Shown piece after piece: positions 1 through 12,864 of a stretch of 49,021 nt of DNA. The notes beneath the pieces were generated by a model that was given only the letters and a program-made list of their open reading frames with translations, made no database searches and was not told the origin of the DNA. A program made the position numbers and the translations under genes. The stretch is from Spongiibacteraceae bacterium (GTDB lineage: Bacteria > Pseudomonadota > Gammaproteobacteria > Pseudomonadales > CAMLJR01), in the NCBI GenBank assembly GCA_034004805.1, contig JAVEVZ010000001.1, forward strand, positions 1 through 49,021, given 5' to 3'. Numbering within the stretch: the first letter of the stretch is position 1; every line of letters begins with the position of its first letter.

Positions 1-163
1 CCTGCGCACGGGTTTGCTCTTGATGGTGATCTCGGGAAAGAACTTGACGATGAACTTCATCGGTAGTGTGCTGGTGCCTGCGGGAAAAGCCGTTATTATA
101 CCGGCATTCACAGTGCACCATGTCCGCGCGGCGGTCATTCGTGGTGTGCGCAAAGCAGGAAAA

Positions 164-180
164 AGCACCAAATTGATGCA
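164..180 (+). promoter_or_regulatory. candidate NtrC enhancer site 1 upstream of glnA
   Basis: AGCACCAAATTGATGCA matches the NtrC dyad TGCACCA-N3-TGGTGCA at most positions. It lies about 105-120 bp upstream of the sigma-54 element at 285-300. Confidence 0.55.
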
Positions 181-195
181 CGGCGCTTCCGTGGT

Positions 196-212
196 GGCTC
201 CATAATGGTGCA
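196..212 (+). promoter_or_regulatory. candidate NtrC enhancer site 2 upstream of glnA
   Basis: GGCTCCATAATGGTGCA has 2 mismatches to TGCACCA-N3-TGGTGCA. It is spaced about three helical turns from site 1, as in classical glnAp2 architecture. Confidence 0.55.
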
Positions 213-284
213 GTTCTCCAGGTATCTCGCCTGTCAGGCGACGCAAAGGCCTGTACAAGCAGTGTGCGGGCGTGGCGCGACACA

Positions 285-300
285 TGGCACAGGGTTTGCT
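285..300 (+). promoter_or_regulatory. sigma-54 (-24/-12) promoter of glnA
   Basis: TGGCACAGGGTTTGCT fits TGGCAC-N5-TTGCW exactly in spacing and in the GG/GC dinucleotides. It lies about 180 nt upstream of the glnA ATG. Confidence 0.7.
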
Positions 301-478
301 GATCCGCCGCTGATGGTTGATCGATGGTCTGTTGAGCATGCTGTGCTGCGAGCGCGAGGTGGCAGGAGCGCCGAGGCGGCAGGCAAAAGCACAGGCCATC
401 GCGACCCTGGACGGTCCCGCCCGGTGGCGAGCCCGCACGTAATTACCAACCCGTTCGACCCTTAAGGAGCCAGCACAC

Positions 479-1885
479 ATGTCAGAGAAAACTCTGAAGC
501 TCATCAAAGACAACGATGCCAAGTGGGTGGACATGCGTTTCACCGACACCAAGGGCAAGGAGCAGCACGTCACTATTCCCGCGTCCGATGTCGACGAGAG
601 CTTCTTCGAAGACGGCAAGATGTTCGATGGCTCCTCGATCGGTGGCTGGAAGGGGATCAATGAGTCCGACATGATCCTGATGCCCGACGACAGCGCATCG
701 GTGCTGGACCCCTTTTTCGACGATGTCACGGTGATCGTGCGCTGCAATATCGTCGAGCCCAACACCATGCAGGGCTACAACCGTGATCCGCGCTCCATCG
801 CCGCCCGCGCCGAGGAGTACATGCGCTCCACCGGGATTGCCGACTCAGCGCTGTTTGGCCCTGAGCCCGAGTTCTTTGTTTTCGACGATGTGAAGTGGGC
901 TGTCGATATCAGCGGCGCGTTCTACAAGATCATGTCCGACGAGGCGGCTTGGTCCTCCAGCGAACACTTCGACGAAGGCAATATCGGCCATCGCCCCGGC
1001 GTCAAGGGCGGCTATTTCCCGGTGCCGCCGGTGGACAGCCTGCACGATCTGCGCGCGGCCATGTGCGATGCGATGACGGCGATGGGGCTGGATATTGAGG
1101 TGCATCATCACGAAGTGGGCACCGCGGGCCAGTGCGAAATCGGCGTGGGCCCCAATTCCGCCGTGAAGAAGGCCGACGAAGTGCAGATACTGAAGTACTG
1201 TGTGCACAACGTGGCCCATGCCTACGGCAAGACCGCCACCTTTATGCCCAAGCCGCTGGTGGGTGACAACGGCTCCGGAATGCACGTGCACCAGTCGCTG
1301 AGCAAGGGCGGCAAGAACCTGTTCGCAGGCGACGCCTATGCCGGCCTGAGCGAAACCGCGCTGTACTATATCGGCGGGATTATCAAGCACGCGCGGGCCA
1401 TCAACGCGTTTACCAACCCCTCGACCAACTCCTACAAGCGCTTGGTGCCCGGCTTCGAAGCGCCGGTCATGCTGGCCTACTCGGCCCGCAACCGCTCGGC
1501 GTCGATCCGCATTCCCTACATCACCAACCCCAAGGCGCGGCGCGTGGAAATGCGGTTCCCCGACCCCAGCGCCAACCCCTATCTGTGCTTCGCGGCGCTG
1601 TTGATGGCGGGCCTGGACGGCATACAGAACAAGATCCACCCCGGCGATCCCGCGGACAAGGACCTGTACGATCTGCCCCCGGAAGAGGCGGCCGAGATCC
1701 CCACCGTGGCCTCCAGCCTGGAGATGGCGCTGGCTGCCCTGGACGCGGATCGCGGCTTCCTGACAGCGGGCGGTGTGTTCGACGACGACATGATCGACGC
1801 CTATATCGCCCTCAAGAAGCAGGATGTCGAGCGTCTGGCCATGACCACGCACCCCATCGAGTTCGCCATGTATTACAGCGTCTGA
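479..1885 (+). CDS. glnA: glutamine synthetase type I
   Basis: 468-aa ORF with GSI hallmarks: [35 protein letters not shown] and an adenylylation loop [14 protein letters not shown] sits 8 nt upstream of the ATG. Confidence 0.97.
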   Translation: MSEKTLKLIKDNDAKWVDMRFTDTKGKEQHVTIPASDVDESFFEDGKMFDGSSIGGWKGINESDMILMPDDSASVLDPFFDDVTVIVRCNIVEPNTMQGYNRDPRSIAARAEEYMRSTGIADSALFGPEPEFFVFDDVKWAVDISGAFYKIMSDEAAWSSSEHFDEGNIGHRPGVKGGYFPVPPVDSLHDLRAAMCDAMTAMGLDIEVHHHEVGTAGQCEIGVGPNSAVKKADEVQILKYCVHNVAHAYGKTATFMPKPLVGDNGSGMHVHQSLSKGGKNLFAGDAYAGLSETALYYIGGIIKHARAINAFTNPSTNSYKRLVPGFEAPVMLAYSARNRSASIRIPYITNPKARRVEMRFPDPSANPYLCFAALLMAGLDGIQNKIHPGDPADKDLYDLPPEEAAEIPTVASSLEMALAALDADRGFLTAGGVFDDDMIDAYIALKKQDVERLAMTTHPIEFAMYYSV

Positions 1886-1907
1886 CGCGACGCCTTGCCT
1901 GATCAGG

Positions 1908-1937
1908 GCCCGCCGGCGACGGCGGGCTTTTTTTTTT
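1908..1937 (+). terminator. rho-independent terminator after glnA
   Basis: GCCCGCCG-GCGA-CGGCGGGC hairpin followed by a 10-nt T run. Confidence 0.85.
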
Positions 1938-1989
1938 GCGCGGCCGGTTTCTCGCGTCATACTGGGGGCATTCCACAGGAGGAAAGGCC

Positions 1990-2484
1990 ATGCGCGCACT
2001 GCTGGGTTTACTGGTTCTGCTGCTGGCGCTGCCGGTTGCGGCCGGCGAAGTCTACCGTCAGACCGATGAACACGGGCGGGTGATCTTTACCGACCAGCCT
2101 GCGCCACAGGCCGAGCTTGTGCCCCTGGACCCTGTCAATACCACGCCGGCGGTGACGCCTGTGCCGCGCGCGACGCCTGAGGCGGCGCGGGTCGAGTACC
2201 GGGTGCGCATCACCAGCCCCGAGGCCGATGCCATCATTCCCAACGGCCTGGTGGCGCAGACGGTGGTGGTGCAGGTCGAGCCCGCGCCCCGCACCAGCTT
2301 CCGGTTCCGGCTGCTGCTGGACGGCGAGGAGGTGGGCGTGCAGGCCGACGGCCGCTTCACGGTGCCGCAGCTGGCGCGCGGCAGTCACCAGTTCAGCGCG
2401 GAGTTGCTGGACGCCGACGGGCGGGTGCTCGCCCGCGCTGAGCCGGTGGATATCTTCGTCTACTGGCCCGGCGGCAACCGCTGA
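1990..2484 (+). CDS. DUF4124-like secreted protein
   Basis: Signal peptide MRALLGLLVLLLALPVAAG followed by EVYRQTDEHGRVIFTDQP, the typical DUF4124 N-terminus. The internal ATG at 1990 is preceded by AGGAGGAAAGG, so the track start at 1936 (TTG) is probably too far upstream. Confidence 0.7.
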   Translation: MRALLGLLVLLLALPVAAGEVYRQTDEHGRVIFTDQPAPQAELVPLDPVNTTPAVTPVPRATPEAARVEYRVRITSPEADAIIPNGLVAQTVVVQVEPAPRTSFRFRLLLDGEEVGVQADGRFTVPQLARGSHQFSAELLDADGRVLARAEPVDIFVYWPGGNR

Positions 2485-2519
2485 GCGGGCCGGCTTCACC
2501 CGCCAGTCCACTTCTGTTC

Positions 2520-2536
2520 TGCACCATTTTGGGGCA
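2520..2536 (+). promoter_or_regulatory. candidate NtrC site upstream of ntrBC
   Basis: TGCACCATTTTGGGGCA has one mismatch to TGCACCA-N3-TGGTGCA. It lies in the DUF4124-ntrB intergenic region. Confidence 0.55.
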
Positions 2537-2679
2537 TAGTTCGGGGCCTGACCTCTGGATCCCGGCCCCGACTGCGCCGCGCAGGCGCTGCAACGCTGCG
2601 GCAGACCGTCCGCCGGGCCTTGAACCGTCCGGCATACCCCGGGCCAATGGGCGGGGGCATACCCGCGGTCGCCTGCTGC

Positions 2680-2695
2680 TGGCTTGAAAATTGCT
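2680..2695 (+). promoter_or_regulatory. candidate sigma-54 promoter of ntrBC
   Basis: TGGCTTGAAAATTGCT has GG and GC with the correct -24/-12 spacing. It lies about 50 nt upstream of the ntrB ATG. Confidence 0.5.
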
Positions 2696-2747
2696 GGTTC
2701 AGGCGAAAGACCGGCCCTGACTCTGAACCGCGCTGATACCTGAAGCC

Positions 2748-3831
2748 ATGCCCGCAGAATCCCTGCACCACCGCATACTCGACAACCTCACTACCGCCAC
2801 CCTGCTGGTGGAAGCGGACCTCAGCGTGGCCTATCTGAACCCCGCCGCCGAAGCCCTGCTGGAAATCTCCGGCAGCCGGGTGCTGGGCGAGGCGGTGGGG
2901 CGCCTGTTTATCGACGATGGTGAGCTGCTGCCGGCGCTGCAGGACGCCAGTGAGCGGGCGGTGGCCTTCACCAGACGCGAAGTGCTGTTGACCCTGCCCA
3001 GCGGCCAGCAGGTGACCGTGGATTTCGCGGTGACGCCCATCAGCGAGAGCGATCACCACGTGGCCCTGGTCCTGGAGCTGCAGCCCATGGACCGCCTGCT
3101 GCGCATCAGCCGCGAGGAGGGCATCGTCTCCACCCAGCAGACCACCCGCGCGCTGGTGCGCAACCTGGCCCACGAAATCAAGAATCCGCTGGGCGGGCTG
3201 CGCGGCGCGGCGCAGCTGCTGGCCAGAGAGCTGACCCGCGTGCTGCCGGAGGCGCAGCTCACTGAATACACGGCCATCATCATTGAGGAGGCCGACCGCC
3301 TGCGCAATCTGGTGGACCGCATGTTGGGGCCGCACCAGACGCCGCGCCACGATGTGGTGAACCTGCACGAAGTGCTGGAGCGCATGCGTCAGCTGTTGCA
3401 GGCCGAGACCGGTGGGCGCATCGCCTTTCGGCGCGACTACGACCCCAGCATTCCCGACACCCTCGGCGACCGCGAACAGCTGATCCAGGCGCTGCTCAAT
3501 ATCGGCAGCAATGCCGTGCAGGCGCTCACCAGCGCGCAAACGCCCTCGCCGGAGATTCGCCTGCGCACCCGGGTGCTGCGCCAGTTCACCATTGGCACCC
3601 GCCGCCATCGGCTGGTGGTGCGCATGGATATCGAGGACAACGGGCCGGGGGTGCCTGCCGATATCGCCCGGACCCTGTTCTATCCCATGGTCAGCGGGCG
3701 CCCCGACGGCACCGGCCTGGGTCTGTCGATCTCCCAGTCCATCATCAATCGCCACGCGGGCCTGATCGAGTGCCACAGTCGGCCGGGGTGCACGGTGTTT
3801 TCCATCTATATCCCACTGGAGCCGCAGGCCC

Positions 3832-3848
<17 letters not shown>
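2748..3848 (+). CDS. ntrB: nitrogen regulation sensor histidine kinase NtrB
   Basis: PAS-like N-terminus, H-box HEIKNPLGGLRGAAQLL and an HATPase region (DNGPGVP, GTGLGLS). It overlaps the downstream ntrC by 17 nt. Confidence 0.93.
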
Positions 3849-5249
<1,401 letters not shown>

Positions 5250-5253
<4 letters not shown>

Positions 5254-5681
5254 CGCCTGAGGCCCCCCTGCTGTTCGAAACCCGCCTCACCACCCGCTGG
5301 GGTGAGCAGGATCTGTTCGCGCACATCAACAATGTGCATTACCTGCGCTATTTCGAAGAGGGCCGGGTCCGCTGGCTGGCGAGCCTGGGCCTGCCGATCA
5401 GCGGTCCCGGCGGCGGCAGCGGCCTCGGCGAAGGCCCTATCGTGGCCCGGGTCGCGGTGGATTACCTGATGCCGGTGCGCTACCCGGCAGAGCTGTTGCT
5501 GCGCCTGTACCTTGGGCGCATGGGCACCAGGAGCCTGACCCTGCTGCACACCCTGGCGCAGGTGGAAACGCCCGACCAGGTCTGCGCCCGGGGCGAAGTG
5601 GTCTTGGTGTGGTACGACCACGACCGCGGTGAAAGCCGGCCCTTGCCGGCGCAGCTCAGCGCCCTGGCGAGCAGGCGCTGA
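5250..5681 (+). CDS. hot-dog fold acyl-CoA thioesterase (4HBT/YbgC-like)
   Basis: 143 aa. TRWGEQDLFAHINNVHYLRYFEE is typical of the 4HBT family. The start overlaps the ntrC stop (ATGA). Confidence 0.75.
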
Positions 5682-5696
5682 GGCTGTACAAACGCG

Positions 5697-6140
5697 CTAT
5701 TCGACCTGGCCGATACTGAAGTTGTACAGACTGTAACCCTGTTTCTCCGCCAGCACGGTGCAGGTAATGGGCGCCGTGCCCGCCTCGAAGCGGGCGACGA
5801 TCTGGTAGCTCAGGCGCTGGCGGGCGCCACTCAGCAGGGCCATGGCGGTGGGCACCGCGGCGAGTTCGATGCGCTCTATCTGTTGCAGCGCGCCCAGCGA
5901 CCGGTAGCGCGCCAGCACCGTTTCGAGCTGCTGCGGATCCTCGAGGGTCATGCGCGCCGCGGGAGCGAGATGGCGCAGCAGAGCGTCGGGTTGCCAGTGG
6001 CTGATATCGGTGAGGGTGGTCCGCAGCCAGGGCTCGATGCTGTCCCGGTAGCGCTCTTCCTGGCGCTCGGTATACCACCACAGGCCGCCCACGGTCAGCA
6101 GCAGGGCCATGGCGACAACAATACTGGGAGGAAGACGCAT
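5697..6140 (-). CDS. hypothetical membrane-anchored protein
   Basis: 147 aa with an N-terminal TM helix (IVVAMALLLTVGGLWWY). It lies directly downstream of the SNF transporter on the same strand. No family recognised. Confidence 0.5.
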   Translation of the reverse strand: MRLPPSIVVAMALLLTVGGLWWYTERQEERYRDSIEPWLRTTLTDISHWQPDALLRHLAPAARMTLEDPQQLETVLARYRSLGALQQIERIELAAVPTAMALLSGARQRLSYQIVARFEAGTAPITCTVLAEKQGYSLYNFSIGQVE

Positions 6141-6172
6141 CAGGGTTCACCATGGGTCATTGTCAGGAGTCA

Positions 6173-7495
6173 TCAGAGTTCGCCGAAATACAGCAGGGCA
6201 ATAAAGATCAGCAGGATGCCGGCGGGAGAGACAAAGCGCAGGGTAACGCGCCAGATCCGGTACAGCGCCGGGCTTTTCATGGCCATCTCCTGCATGACCC
6301 GGCTGTCGGGCATGACCCAGCCCGCGAAGATGGCGATCAGCAGTCCGCCCAGCGGCAGCATATAGCGCGCCGTGATGGCGTCCAGCGCATCGAATACCAC
6401 GCCCCAGAAAATACAGGCCACACCCCCCAGCCAGGTAATGGTGGCCAGGCCGGCGGCGGCGTAGCCGCGCTTGATGCCGCGCCGCTCCAGCCAGGCAGCC
6501 CCGGGCTCGATCAGGGAAATCGACGAGCTCAGTGCAGCGATACTGACCAGCAGAAAGAACACCGCACCGAAGGCCAGGCCGCCGCTCATATTGGCGAAGG
6601 CGATGGGCAGGGAGATAAACAGCAGGCCGGGCCCCTTGCTGGGCGGCAGGCCGTTGGCGAACACTAGCGGGAATATCGCCATGCCCGCGATCAGGGCGAT
6701 CAGGGTGTCCAGCGCGGCGATGGTGAGCACGGTGCTGGCGATGGAGGCGCGGCCCGGCATATAGGCGCCGTAGGTCATGATCGCGCCCATGCCCAGGCTC
6801 AGGGTAAAGAACGCGTGGCCCAGGGCCACCAGCAGGGCCTTGCCGTTGAGCCTGCTGAAATCCATGTCGAACAGGAAATGCATGCCGGCGGCAAAGTCGC
6901 CCTGCGCCCAGCTGTAGCCCAGCACCACCAGCAGCAGGACGAACAACAGGGGCATCAAGGTTTCGACGGCCCGGCCTATACCCCGCGTCACGCCGCCGGC
7001 GACCACCGCGGCGGTCATGATCACAAACGCGCTGTGCCATACCAGCTGGGCCCCGCTGTTGGTGCGCAGGGCGGTGAAGTTGGCGTCGATGGTGGCGGCG
7101 TCGGCGCCGGCGTAACTGCCGCTGGCGCTGGTCAATACGTAACTCAGGGCCCAGCCGGCGACGACGCTGTAGAACATCATAATCAGCAGGCCGGTCAGCA
7201 CCCCCATCATGCCCAGCAGATGCCAGTGGCGGTGCGCGCCGATTGCGCCTGCGAGGCCGCCCATGGTGTGTACCGGATCGGCGCGGCCGGCGCGGCCCAG
7301 CATGACCTCGGCCATCATGACCGGGATGCCCACGGCGAGTATGCAGCCCAGGTAGACCAGCACAAAGGCGCCGCCGCCGTACTCGCCGGCGATATACGGA
7401 AACTTCCAGATATTGCCCAGGCCCACCGCGGATCCGGTGGCGGCCATGATGAAGGTCCAGCGGTGTTTCCAGCTGACGGTTTGGCGACGACTCAT
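6173..7495 (-). CDS. sodium-dependent transporter, SNF (neurotransmitter:sodium symporter) family
   Basis: 440 aa, polytopic. The N-terminal signature is WKHRWTFIMAATGSAVGLGNIWKFPYIAGEYGGGAFV. Confidence 0.9.
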   Translation of the reverse strand: MSRRQTVSWKHRWTFIMAATGSAVGLGNIWKFPYIAGEYGGGAFVLVYLGCILAVGIPVMMAEVMLGRAGRADPVHTMGGLAGAIGAHRHWHLLGMMGVLTGLLIMMFYSVVAGWALSYVLTSASGSYAGADAATIDANFTALRTNSGAQLVWHSAFVIMTAAVVAGGVTRGIGRAVETLMPLLFVLLLVVLGYSWAQGDFAAGMHFLFDMDFSRLNGKALLVALGHAFFTLSLGMGAIMTYGAYMPGRASIASTVLTIAALDTLIALIAGMAIFPLVFANGLPPSKGPGLLFISLPIAFANMSGGLAFGAVFFLLVSIAALSSSISLIEPGAAWLERRGIKRGYAAAGLATITWLGGVACIFWGVVFDALDAITARYMLPLGGLLIAIFAGWVMPDSRVMQEMAMKSPALYRIWRVTLRFVSPAGILLIFIALLYFGEL

Positions 7496-7635
7496 CCGCA
7501 GTGCTCTTGTCCGGCGCGATATTGTTATGGCCGGCCATTGTAATGAATTGACAAGATAGCGCGAGCAGGATGCGTGCCAGCCCGTATTGGGCGTATAATG
7601 CGTCCCCGTTTTACACCCTCCCCGAGGCTTTCCCC

Positions 7636-9441
<1,806 letters not shown>

Positions 9442-9623
9442 GCCGGGGGGCTGGACAAAACCGCCGGGCCGGGCTGCAAATACCCTGGTCGGGCGTGCCA
9501 ATTCGCCGGCAGGCGGCGTGGGGTGGGCGTTTTCAGCGGCGTGTTCCGCCATTGTCCCGGCGCATTCTCACGCAGTTATAGCCAGCCCACCCCGATGCGC
9601 GAATCCCTATGCAGATTTCATCT

Positions 9624-9643
9624 AATGTGACGTGGCTCACATT
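9624..9643. promoter_or_regulatory. CRP/Vfr-type binding site
   Basis: AATGTGA-CGTGGC-TCACATT is a perfect TGTGA-N6-TCACA dyad with flanking A/T symmetry. It is centred about 85 nt upstream of the diguanylate cyclase ATG at 9719. Confidence 0.65.
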
Positions 9644-9718
9644 CACTTTGATTCTGGCACACTGGGTTTTCGGTAGCCTCTCGCGCGGCAGATTCAAGGA
9701 TTCAGGATCGGGTGACCT

Positions 9719-10819
9719 ATGGATGTCAGTCATTGCAGTCGTTTGGAGCAGTCCCCTGGGTTGGCTCGGTCAGCCGGCCGCCCCGAAAACCCTCTGGAAT
9801 TCAGTGCCGCCCGCCGCGCACGACTGACGCTGTGGGCGCTGCTGATCAGCAGCCTCGGCTGCGGCCTGGGCGGCGCTCTGGTACTGAGCAACGGCGAGCC
9901 CGGTGACGCTCTGTTTCTGTGGTCGGTGGCGGCCGCCAACAGCGTCGCGCTGCTGATTTCCCGACGCGGCCACGACAGCCGCCGCGCGGCCCGCCTGGTG
10001 GCGTTCAGTGCGGCGGCGCTGTTTGTATACCTGGTCTTGTTGAGCGGCTCTGCTGGTCACGGCGGGCTGTGGGCACTGGTGCTGGTGCCCGGGCTGTTCT
10101 TCCTGCTGGGCCATCGACCGGGGCTGGCCGTATTTGGCGTGCTGATCGTCGCTGCCGGATGGCTGATGCTGCGCCACGGCCTGCCGGTGCCGCCCGCCAA
10201 CCCCGCCTACTACGCTGCCAACTGGCTGGGGGTGCTGTTTGTACTGGGCCTGTACTGCTGGCTGCTGGAACTGGACCGCGAGAGCGCCATCGCCCAGTTG
10301 CTGCGCTCCCGCCAGGACCTGCACCGGCTGGCCCACACCGACGAACTGACCGGGCTCGCGAACCGCCGCACCATGCGTCAGTGCCTTCACCAGCAGGACC
10401 GCCGCCGCAGCGAGGAGCAGGGCAGCTTCGGCCTGATCCTTGCGGATATTGATCACTTCAAGGCGGTCAATGACCAGCACGGCCATGACTGCGGCGATCA
10501 GGTGATTGCCGCGGTTGCCCGGGCGCTGACTTCCGCCCTGCGGGAGCATGACACGGTGGCGCGCTGGGGCGGCGAGGAATTCCTGGTGGTGCTGCCCGAC
10601 GCCAGCCTCGAGGGCGCCATGCAGGTGGCGATCAAACTGCGCGAAGCCATAGCGGACCTGTCGGTCAGTTATCAGGGGCACCGGCTGCAGCCGACCCTTA
10701 GCTATGGCGTTGCCAGCTCCCACCAGGGCGGCGATGCCGAATCCTGCCTGAAGCTCGCCGACCAGCGCCTGTACCGCGCCAAGACCAGTGGCCGCAACGC
10801 CATCATCGGCGAGGATTGA
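9719..10819 (+). CDS. membrane-bound diguanylate cyclase (GGDEF domain)
   Basis: N-terminal half has multiple TM helices. The C-terminal GGDEF domain has an intact GGEEF active site and an RxxD I-site (REHD) five residues upstream. Confidence 0.9.
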   Translation: MDVSHCSRLEQSPGLARSAGRPENPLEFSAARRARLTLWALLISSLGCGLGGALVLSNGEPGDALFLWSVAAANSVALLISRRGHDSRRAARLVAFSAAALFVYLVLLSGSAGHGGLWALVLVPGLFFLLGHRPGLAVFGVLIVAAGWLMLRHGLPVPPANPAYYAANWLGVLFVLGLYCWLLELDRESAIAQLLRSRQDLHRLAHTDELTGLANRRTMRQCLHQQDRRRSEEQGSFGLILADIDHFKAVNDQHGHDCGDQVIAAVARALTSALREHDTVARWGGEEFLVVLPDASLEGAMQVAIKLREAIADLSVSYQGHRLQPTLSYGVASSHQGGDAESCLKLADQRLYRAKTSGRNAIIGED

Positions 10820-10914
10820 TACCGCAGTCACCAGCCTGTGCTGTGAACTGGCGTATGCTGCGCCTTCGACGTCCGTGTCACAGAGAGTCCCGCGCGTGGA
10901 TACAGGTTGGCGCT

Positions 10915-12822
10915 ATGAATATCGATATCACCCTTATCTGGCTGGCAGCGCAGGCCTTTGTTATCGCACTGGTATTGTGTATCGCGCTGTTGGTGTTTTT
11001 GTACCGCAGCCGCGTTGAACTGCGCGAATACCGCAGGCAGATGCCGACGCTGCTGCAGGGCGTGCCGAATTACCTGCGCCGTGAAAGTCAGCGCAGCCGC
11101 GACCTGCTTCGCGAGCGCAGATCTACAATCGGCCGCCAGGACCCCGCCCAGCGCATGCTGGCCGGCATACGCTATCGCTGGCTGAGTGCTGAATATGACG
11201 CGTTGCGCGATGCCGGCAATGCGGCTGCTGACGACGCAATTCTCGCCGAGCGTCTGTTGCCGGTGTTGAAGGCCCTGCAAGTCCCGGCAAGTGCTGCGCA
11301 AAGCGGGCTGGCAAATGGGCGGGACGGCGCGCAACTGTCCCCCAGCGAGCCGCGGCACGACAATCACCCGTCAGAAACTCAGCAGACTGATAGCCAGCAG
11401 ATCATAGACGCGCTTGAAATCCGCCTGTCCGCAGCCAATCACCGCATCAGGATGCTGGAGCAGCAGATCGCACTGGACGACGCGCAGGAAGTGCAATTCT
11501 TTTATCGCGCGGCGGGCCAGCAGACGGAAAAGCTGCAGGAAGTCCTTGATGAGCATGTGCGCAGTATCGCCGCACTGGCGCCGGATACTGCGACCTACCC
11601 TCTGGCGGAGGGGGATAGGCGGGCGCTGGATGAGTCCATAGCCTCCGCGCAAGACAATGTCCGGGAGATGCGCAACAGGCTGCAGGGAATGGAGCTTGCA
11701 CTTGGCGGTGCCCGGGCGCATGAGAGCGCACCCGCAACGGGGCGGGCGGATGCGCCCAGACTCGCTTCCGATGTACTGCTGGTCAGGCGCGATGGGGACG
11801 CCGGCGCCACAGGGCCTGATCATCAACAGTACGACGACGGTGACCGCATTGCGCCGTACCATGCCGAGCTTCAGCGCCTGCAGGCGTCCAACGCGAAGCA
11901 GCGCCGCCTGATACTGCAGCTCGATGAGCAGTTGCATAGACTCAGCGCCAGCAACCCTGGATTTCCTGACACGATGAGCCTGATCAGCAGTTTAAAACTG
12001 CAGCTGCGCGATTCTGAAATCTGTTCGACCATTCTTGAAAACGAAGCGGCTGCGCTGCGGAACAAGTTGCGCGAAGCCACCGGGGCTCGAAAAAACAGGC
12101 TCAACGATGAACTGATGGCTGGCTCGGCTACGCTTTCGGAGAGCGCGTATCGAAAAACGCAAATCATACGCTTTCTACAGGAGCTGATCGCCGCGGGAGA
12201 TCTGGAAAGCGTTGCATTTGTTATCGCGCGCTTTGCGCAGGCGATGTCGCTGAACATCACCATATATATCCGCGGCGCAGTTGATCAGTACTGGCTGAAC
12301 CCGGAGCATGTCGTCGAGGAGCAGACGCGCAATCTGCTGAAGCGGGTTCAACAGTCCGGACAGGACCCCTGGTTGCGCGTCAAGGGCGGCACGGTGCTGA
12401 TACTGAGCCGAAGCCGCTATTTGTTCGCTGACTGGGACGGCGACGATACGCGCCTCAGCGCGGTGCTGGTTGCGCTGCTCTCAGTCGCGGATATGGTGGT
12501 TGCCAGGCTGGATGGCCAGAAGCAGAGCGTGCGGCACCGGCAGGCGGTGGAGAAGCGCGTCGCCGAGGCGCGGCGTATTGTGCAGGGCGTGGAGCTGCAC
12601 CAGCGGCATGTCAGCGAACAGGCGATCGCTGCACTCAACAGCTATCGCGATGAATTAAATGCGCTGCTTGACACCGCGTCCCTGACCGATGCCCGGCGCG
12701 TGGCGATGGAAAATATGACCCGGGAGTTCCAGGGGCGGCTTGAGCTGCTGTTCAACAACAGACTTTTCGCCAACCGTAGTTTCGCGCCTTTGATAAGCCT
12801 GCTCAGTGATATCGATGAGTAG
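10915..12822 (+). CDS. hypothetical membrane-anchored coiled-coil protein (635 aa)
   Basis: One N-terminal TM helix (ITLIWLAAQAFVIALVLCIALLVFLY), a long Q/R/L-rich predicted coiled coil and a globular C-terminal region of about 250 aa. No family recognised. The ATG at 10915 is preferred over the track start at 10816, which overlaps the upstream gene. Confidence 0.65.
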   Translation: MNIDITLIWLAAQAFVIALVLCIALLVFLYRSRVELREYRRQMPTLLQGVPNYLRRESQRSRDLLRERRSTIGRQDPAQRMLAGIRYRWLSAEYDALRDAGNAAADDAILAERLLPVLKALQVPASAAQSGLANGRDGAQLSPSEPRHDNHPSETQQTDSQQIIDALEIRLSAANHRIRMLEQQIALDDAQEVQFFYRAAGQQTEKLQEVLDEHVRSIAALAPDTATYPLAEGDRRALDESIASAQDNVREMRNRLQGMELALGGARAHESAPATGRADAPRLASDVLLVRRDGDAGATGPDHQQYDDGDRIAPYHAELQRLQASNAKQRRLILQLDEQLHRLSASNPGFPDTMSLISSLKLQLRDSEICSTILENEAAALRNKLREATGARKNRLNDELMAGSATLSESAYRKTQIIRFLQELIAAGDLESVAFVIARFAQAMSLNITIYIRGAVDQYWLNPEHVVEEQTRNLLKRVQQSGQDPWLRVKGGTVLILSRSRYLFADWDGDDTRLSAVLVALLSVADMVVARLDGQKQSVRHRQAVEKRVAEARRIVQGVELHQRHVSEQAIAALNSYRDELNALLDTASLTDARRVAMENMTREFQGRLELLFNNRLFANRSFAPLISLLSDIDE

Positions 12823-12864
12823 ATTGCTTCGCCGCGCGCAGCGAAAACCTGAGTGCAGGGAGTC

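Noticed and set aside
14-465. Short ORFs upstream of glnA (14-205, 205-465, 234-449)
   Set aside because: This region carries the NtrC sites and the sigma-54 promoter. The ORFs have no SD and non-protein-like composition.
845-1999. 384-aa minus-strand ORF opposite glnA
   Set aside because: It is antisense to an unambiguous glnA. The Arg/Gly/Ala/His-rich composition is typical of shadow ORFs in high-GC DNA.
6147-7538. 463-aa minus-strand ORF overlapping the SNF transporter in another frame
   Set aside because: It is an Arg/Pro/Gly-rich alternative frame. The 6173-7495 frame carries the GLGNIWKFPY SNF signature and TM periodicity.
9770-10831. 353-aa minus-strand ORF opposite the GGDEF gene
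   Set aside because: It is an antisense shadow. The plus frame has TM helices and GGEEF.
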